DNA from: Eledone cirrhosa
Lineage: Eukaryota
Direction: 5' to 3'
Length of the DNA stretch: 64,000 nt
NCBI GenBank assembly: GCA_964016885.1
Contig: OZ024742.1
Span: 262,384,001-262,448,000 of the forward strand
Shown here piece by piece: positions 55,377-64,000 of the stretch. Both the position numbers and the translations under genes were made by a program. The notes below the pieces were generated by a model. That model did not search any database. It had not been told where the DNA came from and saw nothing but the letters and a program-made list of their open reading frames with translations. Every line of letters begins with the position of its first letter. Within the stretch, counting starts at the first letter, position 1.

Positions 55377-56149
55377 ATAAATACACATATCACACACAAA
55401 TACGTATGTACGGATGTATAAAAACTGATAAGGAAAATAATGAATGAATATATTATAGCATCATTGATAATTATTTATAGTTTCCTTGTCACTAATTGGC
55501 TGTTTCAGTCATTAACTTTCCCGGATTGGTTGATTCGCTCATTGTCTATCCTATTTTCCTATCGTTTTAACAACCGTTTCCACTTCACAACAGGCAGGAC
55601 ATAAGGGATTGTCTGATCAACAAGATATAAATGTTTATCCTCAATGAAGGCGCTTGGTTAAGTGGTTTGGACGTTCAACTCATGCTCGTAAGAGTGTGAG
55701 TTCAATTTTTAGTGGTGCGTTGTGGCAAGAAAACATATACCTGTTATTCAAAAGGCCCAGCACGCCTGGTGAAATCGTCTAGTCTTACATCATAATCGGA
55801 GGATAGGGCACGACCATCGAAATATGTACAGTACTTTCGCGGAATATAAATTCTAAAGTAAATTTTCCAGTTGTTCTTTGAATAAATGCTAAAATTTTCT
55901 GTTGTTGTTTTAATAAATACTTAACTCCGTTCCTGCACCAGCCATTGGATACCGCATCCACGATGGATGATTTGCATAACGTTGAGTGCTTTAATTAATT
56001 TGTTGCATCATCGTTTACCAATCCGAACCACCAATTCTACCCATTAGTAAATAGCTTAACATAAATGATATTATATATATATATATATCTTGTAATAATT
56101 CTTTACACACATCTCACTGTGTAACACACTTCTCTTTGTGTAATATATT

Positions 56150-57143
<994 letters not shown>

Positions 57144-57200
57144 GTAATTCCAAAGGAAAAGCAAAGGAAAAAAGAGTATTCTATGTATAGAACAGAGCTA

Positions 57201-59414
57201 TTTAATTAGGAAGTGAACAACACAAAATATAACTACTCCATTACCAAAGGTTTCTGGATCACAGACGATAATAATATACGTCTGGATCGTTCGTCAGACA
57301 GAGATGTTATAGATAAAAGATATGAAATGAGATTAAAAATCTGTTAAAAATTGGAAGTGAGGCTGGAAAAATAACGGGAAAATAAGAAAAGAAGGGTAAG
57401 AAAAATAATATATAAAAAAAAAAATATATGTATCGCAATATAGAAAAAGACATATGTGTACATAGATATACATACACACATTCAGATAAAAAGGAAAAAA
57501 ATATATATGTATATATACATGCATGCATATACACACACATATATATATATACATAAAGATACATGTACACGGACATACATATACAAATACGCATATATAC
57601 ATATACACACACACATATAAACATAGACATACATACAGACATATACAAATACATATACACACTCACATATATCACATATATATATGCACATGCATGCATA
57701 TATATATATATATATATATGTATATATGGCATAGACACACTAGTCTGCAAAAACATACATATGCGAACACACACACACATATATACACATATATATGAAA
57801 TGATACGGAAACGTCACACGCATAGAGTTAAACATGAATACAATCACATGATTGTGCCAAAAATGAATCTTGGGTAAAAAAAAATCTAACCTATTGGTTC
57901 CTTCGACAGTGCCGATGTGTGTGATTTGGTCGGTTTGTTCCTTCCACACACAATAAGGGAAACACTCCCAGGTCATACCATCGGGCTATATCGAGACGAC
58001 GGACTAGCAGTCTCTCATACCACTAATGGCCATGACCTCGACACTTTTCGTAAAGATTTAATTAAACTATTCTCTGACCTAAATCTTAAAATTGCTATAG
58101 ATACTAAACTTACCAACGTAAATTTCCTTGATATAAACCTTGACTTACTCACTGCTTTATCATAAACCTAATGAGAATTTTAAATATATAAATAAACAAT
58201 CATGCCACCTTCCCATAGTATTCAAAAACCTCATCCCTAATATTAACCGTAGGATATCTTCCCTCTCCTTTTCTGAAGAAATATTTAATAAAGCAGCCCC
58301 TTACTATAATAAGGCTCTTAAAATAGCGGATTAACAGAACAAATTAAATATATTTCTAACCCCTCTAATCCTTCTACACATAATAATAGGTAAAGAAAAA
58401 TGATCTGGTTCACACCACCCTTCTCTTTAGCACTCAAAACTAATGTAGGTAGAAAATTCCTTGAATTAGTAGATAAACATTTCCCCCATCATCATAAATA
58501 TAAACATTTTTTTAACAGAAACTGTGTCAAGATTAGATATTCTTGCAGTCCTTCCATAAAATCGAAAATCACCACCGGAAAAACTGACAGAGGAATCCCA
58601 GGATGTTCATGCAGAAACCCAGGTGAATGTCCTTTGCAAGGCAAATGCAACATCAAATCCGTTGTATATGAGGCAATTATAAGACCTATTCATACCAACC
58701 AACCTTCTACCGGAGAACGTTATGTGGGCATGACCCAGGATACCTTAAAAAAAAGATACTATGCAGACGTCGCTTCCTTTCGTCACGAGGATAAAAAGAA
58801 AACTACGACGCTGGCAAATAGAGTGTGGGAGATGAAAGAGCGTGGGATCCCATATGAAATTGATTGGTCTATCTTAGACCAATCAAAAGAATATGTTAAA
58901 GGCACAAGAAGATGTACTTTGTGCGTAACAGAAAAATATAGAATTCTACAGAATCTGAAATCGCCTAACACCTGTCTGAACTCTAATTCTGAGATATTTT
59001 AAATTTGCCCACATATAAGAACTCACCTCCTTTCTTGGCATCAAAGCACCATTTTGGACACTTACCCACCTTGAACACTCTTCTTTTCGCACATTCAACA
59101 CTTATCATATATTACACATTGAACACTCTTTCTTACTTTAAACACTATGGACCTTTATCACATATTCAACACTTATATTAAGCCCTTATTTTATATTACA
59201 ACTATTTTTTCATTTCTTCTTTTCCCTTGCTTTTACCTTGAACGTTATTTTTCCAGCCTCACTTCCAATTTTTAATAGATTTTAAATCTCATTTCATATC
59301 TTTTATCTATAACATCTGACGAACGATCCAGACGTATATTATTATCGTCTGTGATCCAGAAACCTTTGGTAATGGAGTAGTTATATTTTGTGTTGTTCAC
59401 TTCCTAATTAAATA
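57201..59414 (+). mobile_element. 5'-truncated PLE (same clade as 17265-22284) with inverted pLTR
   Basis: GSFDSADVCDLVGL, GLYRDDGL, VNFLDINLDL, IWFTPPFS, CSCR..CPLQGKC..VVYEA..YVGMT..CTLCVTEK. 57201-57376 is an inverted copy of 59243-59414. Confidence 0.92.
59313..59374 (+). ncRNA. Type I hammerhead in the pLTR
   Basis: CAU / CUGACGA / acGAUC-CAGACG...CGUCUG-u-GAUCca / GAAAC-CUUUG-GUA^ / AUG. Mirror copy at ~57240-57298. Confidence 0.75.
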
Positions 59415-59512
59415 TATATATATATAAATATAAATTAGCGAGAATCGTATTTCTGCTATTGGAAATTAGCGAAAAATAACTTCCGAGATGTGTGGCAAGC
59501 GCTCCATAGAAG

Positions 59513-59598
<86 letters not shown>

Positions 59599-61554
59599 TG
59601 TATATATATAAGTATATATATATATATATCAAAAGATTATTTGTTTCTAATATTAGAGATCCCAATGAAAAGATAAAATATCTACTCAAAGAAGGAATTA
59701 AACATTAAAGTTAAGCCAAAATCTCGATAAGGGGGATATAAGCTAGACCAACTAAAATAAGTCAGTTTTACTTTCAGTCACTCTCTCTTCTTCTTTGGAA
59801 GAAATCGACTTTATTCAGACATGGAGAGGGAAAAGAAGGAAAATAGCGCTCTCTCTATAAAAACAGAGTTGAAACAACGTTACGTTGAATTTCATGGCTA
59901 GGCTCAGACTGCAAAATGCATTCTGTAAAAGCCTGACTTTCTTCAAGCATCAGATTCAAAATGTCTGAACGAGACTTCAAGGTAAGATCCGGTGGAAAAG
60001 AGGTCGTGAAAAGAAATATGTTTTTTTTTTTTTTACCTAGTCAAAGGGTGTCAACTGTTGTAAAGCCTAGTTCATAAAAACATAATAACTTATAGTTCAA
60101 TGTATTCTTAGATGAATGGAAAAATGGTGGGAAAATTATGAAATTTGGTATAACTGGGTGAGCGAGTTTAGAAGATATATGGTCATCAGTTACAGAAGGA
60201 TAGCTAGTCAATATCTTATGGGAATATCTTCTATTTTTTATGTTATGACTCCATTGAATTTACTGGAAGTTATTGGTAGTGTATGCATTGGTATCAGTTA
60301 AAAACAACAGAGCTTATCAACGTAACAATTGTTCTATTGATGGATTGGTGTGTGCATAAATGTTAGTTCAAACCTGGAGCTATATATTAGCAAACAGCAG
60401 TAAGAAAGGATCGGAATGCATGTCCATCCCTAGGCCCTTTGATGAAGGGTCCCTAGGAAGATGTTAACTGTTCCTTAGCAAAAGCAATCTTTGACTTGAC
60501 GTCATAACAAGGGAGGCGACTCTCACTACACGTGTATATATCCTATTGTTCATGAGTATATCCGGTTACTTCTTCATCTGACAAAGAAAAATATGTCATA
60601 CATCACAAAGTATTACTGTGTATTGTCAAAATTAAGGTGGGTGTAGTACTTTTGTTTGAGGAGGCTGTGTATCCGGGTGTAGATTTTTCCACGAAGAAAA
60701 CAAGTAGTTTTTGAGATGTAAACAATTCATAAAGACTTCGTCGTTCTTGGAGCTTAAGTGTTTATTTGATTATTTCAATCCCTGTAGAATTCCAAAATGA
60801 GATATGGTCTAGACTTTTCCAGAATGCTCTATTTGAATCGCATATATGTTCGAATATGCGAGTGCGTGTGTAAATACGCGCGCTTGTGTATATTTTTTAT
60901 TCTATTATATATATACTCAATGCGTCTAAGCTAATGAACATTAGTATAGTCAACGTATTTAAACATACATGAAGTCACGGGCATATTTATATATATATTT
61001 AGCAGTAACGCTGGTTGTAGTGGTCTTATGTTGATCGATATGTTATAGCTATTTCCGGTGACGACGTTATAGTGTTTCATGTCCGCAGATTTACCCGTGA
61101 TAATTTCACTACTCATATGTATATATATATATATGTGTGAGTACATAGATTTTCTGCAAGATTATTTTTAATATAATTAGCTGAATGTTTCATTAGAGAG
61201 TGAAGAAAGGTCAGGCAGTGTTAAAAACAGAGAGCACAATTACAATACAATGCAGGATCGCACTCAGCTTCACACACCAAGTCTTTAGTAGTTTTTTTAT
61301 TTTTATTTTGAGAAATCACAATACTACCCTTGGCTTAACACATCAAGCCTTCAGTAATTCTTTGGGAAACTACAATACAACCAACTATTTATGCTCCTTT
61401 TCACCTTTACCCCTAATCTCAACACCCTCTTTTAGACTTCAACTCTAGGCTCTATGTACACCAACCGTAGCCACAACCACGGCACTAAATAACCTAAATG
61501 ACAAAAGACTACCTCATCATGACGTCATTGAATCAATTAAACAAAAATGTTATC

Positions 61555-61646
61555 TCCCCTGATAAAGCTGACTACGTTCTGGATTAAGCAGTTTAAACCT
61601 AGCAAGCTTCAAGGCCAGCTGAAACGGACTGGGCCCTCTGTTGGGA
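61555..61646 (+). ncRNA. Solo hammerhead-like motif with C3-A8 core
   Basis: UCCC / CUGAUAA / AGCUG...CAGCU / GAAAC-GGA-cugggccc-UCU-GUU^ / GGGA. Confidence 0.65.
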
Positions 61647-62157
61647 TTTTACTAATCACTATATCAATTCTGCGTCGAAACATGCATTGAGTAGTACCCT
61701 GATTTGTGGTTTTCTTGGTTTCGGTACCGAGAACATTTCATACACGTAAATAAGAGCGTTATTGTTCCAATCAGTCCACAAACACTTAGCAAACAGCCTA
61801 AACAGAACGCCAACCTGCACTCATGACACCTTCTAAATCAACCCGCGATCCACCCTTCAAACTCAGCAAACCAAACTGGACCGCAACAGCCACTAAATGA
61901 GGAAGCTGCTGCTGTCATATTACGTAGTTTCAATGTAATAAAGCTAATAAATCTATTACTATCTGCAGTGACTACAACACCATTACATAATATGCCGTGG
62001 TCCACCTTCTCATGTCGCCTCTCAACTTTAAATACCCAATCAATCCGCACAACACAACATTAAAAAAAAAAAAAAATACCCAAGCAACTAAAGAAATATG
62101 TGAAATGAACCAAAGATGAATATCACATGAATACGATATCAAAAAGCTACGCAAAAA

Positions 62158-62198
<41 letters not shown>

Positions 62199-62200
<2 letters not shown>

Positions 62201-62389
62201 AACCAGTAAGACCCCGACAGCTGAGCTCAAGCCGTTTCGACGGCTAATTCTGGACCAGAATTAGCGGTCGAAACGGCTTGAGCTCAGCTGTCGGGGTCTT
62301 ACTGGTTCCTATTACCCACTCTACTACCTCAAGTATTGAGTACTTTGGTGCGTTATGGTCCACCTGGTTCCTTACCACATTTCCTTCGT

Positions 62390-62390
<1 letters not shown>
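62199..62390 (+). mobile_element. Short fold-back copy of family G
   Basis: 55-bp arms 62199-62253 and 62256-62309, plus an 80-bp tail. Flanked by (TA)n. Confidence 0.88.
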
Positions 62391-62483
<93 letters not shown>

Positions 62484-62486
<3 letters not shown>

Positions 62487-62568
62487 ACCCTCTTCCTGTT
62501 GCATCAAGCGTTAACCTTATATATCCCTTCCATATACTGTACCGATTGTGTTATTATTTCTGTTTACC

Positions 62569-62575
<7 letters not shown>
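62484..62575 (+). mobile_element. 90-bp terminal fragment of the Neptune-like PLE
   Basis: Matches the reverse complement of 13992-14086. Confidence 0.88.
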
Positions 62576-62639
<64 letters not shown>

Positions 62640-62644
62640 TATAT

Positions 62645-62940
62645 GAATGTATGCATAGGATATTTGGTAATATACTGTATGTTTAATTAAAAACATTTAG
62701 AAGACCATTCACTATGAGATTTAAAGTAGTGACTATGTCACTTATTTTCGGCAAAAACAAGGAGAGTGATCAACAGTCTGTTTCTCGCTTGTTAGCGTTT
62801 ATCAAGACCACACACTCCCCTGCCATTGCCGAAAATAAGTAAGTGACACAGTCACTACTTTAAAACTAATAGCGAATGGTCTTCAAAATGTTTTTAATTA
62901 AACATACGGTATATTGCCAAATATACTATACTTACATTCA
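62645..62940. mobile_element. Fold-back element family P copy 2 (HHR ~62768-62808, minus)
   Basis: Reverse complement reads GGUC / UUGAUAA / aCGCU-AACA-AGCGa / GAAAC-AGACU-GUU^ / GAUC. Confidence 0.72.
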
Positions 62941-62970
62941 TATATACATCGCTATTTCAGAGCACCAATA

Positions 62971-63039
<69 letters not shown>

Positions 63040-63124
63040 AAATATATATTTATTTGGTACCTTTACCGGTTTCGCAGTTCTTCTGCTTTTTAAAAGTAGA
63101 ATTGAGATGGAGGGTTTGTGGTTT

Positions 63125-63202
<78 letters not shown>

Positions 63203-63392
63203 CACAGTTCAAGAGTAACCAATCTTAAAGAGAGAGATGGAGATAGGAGAGGAGATAGGAGAGGAGAAGAGAGATTGGTGAATTAGTTAGAAGCCAAAGC
63301 GTAAAGGCATGTGCTCAATGTGCAATATGCAGTGGAAGGCGGCTAGGTGGCTGGGTTCATGCAGAGGTTAAGTGCACAGAGCTGGAAATATT

Positions 63393-64000
63393 CATTAGTT
63401 AAGCAAAACAAGACCACAAATTTCACAAGGAAGACATTATTAAAAGATTGTCAACATATATGTTAGTTTGATGTAAAGAATGTAGAGAATAATAATAATA
63501 ATATTAATAATAATAATGTCCGTTTACAATTGTTTCGCTACTCCATATAATATTTCTGGATAAAATGATTATAGATCATTATTGATCTGGTTCAGTTGAA
63601 AATAATTAACTTAGGTAAAATTAGACCAGCTCATCGGAACTTCAAAAGGAATATAAATTAAAATAAGGAAAGAATGTTACATGAATGTAATGTTCCATAT
63701 ATTGGTATTTCACTATGGTGTCCTTTCCTTATTTTAATTTATATTCCTTTTGAAGTTTCGATGAGCTGCTCTAATTTTACCTCAGTTAATTATTTTTAAC
63801 TGAACCAGATCAATAATGATCTATAATCATTTGATCCAGAAATATTATATGGAGTAGCGAAACAATTGTAAACGGACATTATTATTATTAATATTATTAT
63901 TATTATTCTCTACATTCCTGACATCAAACTAAAATATGTTGACAATCTTTTAATAATGTCTTCCTTGTGAAATTTGTGGTCTTGTTTTGCTTAACTAATG
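63393..64000. mobile_element. Fold-back element family S (at least ~280-bp arms, runs off the window) with long-stem-II HHR
   Basis: 63393-63673 versus 63723-64000. GUU / (C/U)CGAUGA / GCUGCUCUA..~75 nt..UGGAGUAGC / GAAAC-AAUU-GUA^ / AAC at 63755-63873; mirror copy at 63522-63640. Confidence 0.85.

Noticed and set aside
59778-59980. Possible host exon (tttcag acceptor, ag|gtaag donor)
   Set aside because: Stops in all three frames and no recognisable homology.

Overview
Repeat-saturated, AT-rich eukaryotic DNA with no host protein-coding exon that I can support. The microsatellite load and the tRNA-derived SINE suggest an octopod/coleoid cephalopod, which is an inference. The window is a mosaic of microsatellites and transposons: one Penelope-like element (PLE) with an open RT + GIY-YIG ORF (17265-22284, minus), three more PLE fragments, a full-length decayed RTE LINE with a TSD, a decayed Helitron plus non-autonomous Helitrons, three L1/Tx1-like and three CRE-like LINE fragments, a mariner relic, a CR1 3' end and many SINE copies. 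The strongest signal is one the ORF track does not show. About 20 type I hammerhead-ribozyme (HHR) motifs from more than ten unrelated sequence families lie mostly inside long fold-back (inverted-arm + tail) non-coding inserts that land in (TA)n/(CA)n tracts. These show recurrent non-canonical cores (U4C, U3-A8, C3-A8), very long stem II domains, family-fixed arm end points, one insert that starts exactly at the predicted cleavage site, and an iterated 11-mer at the 5' junction of the intact PLE. All RNA folds and alignments were read by eye, and most coordinates are approximate to a few bases.
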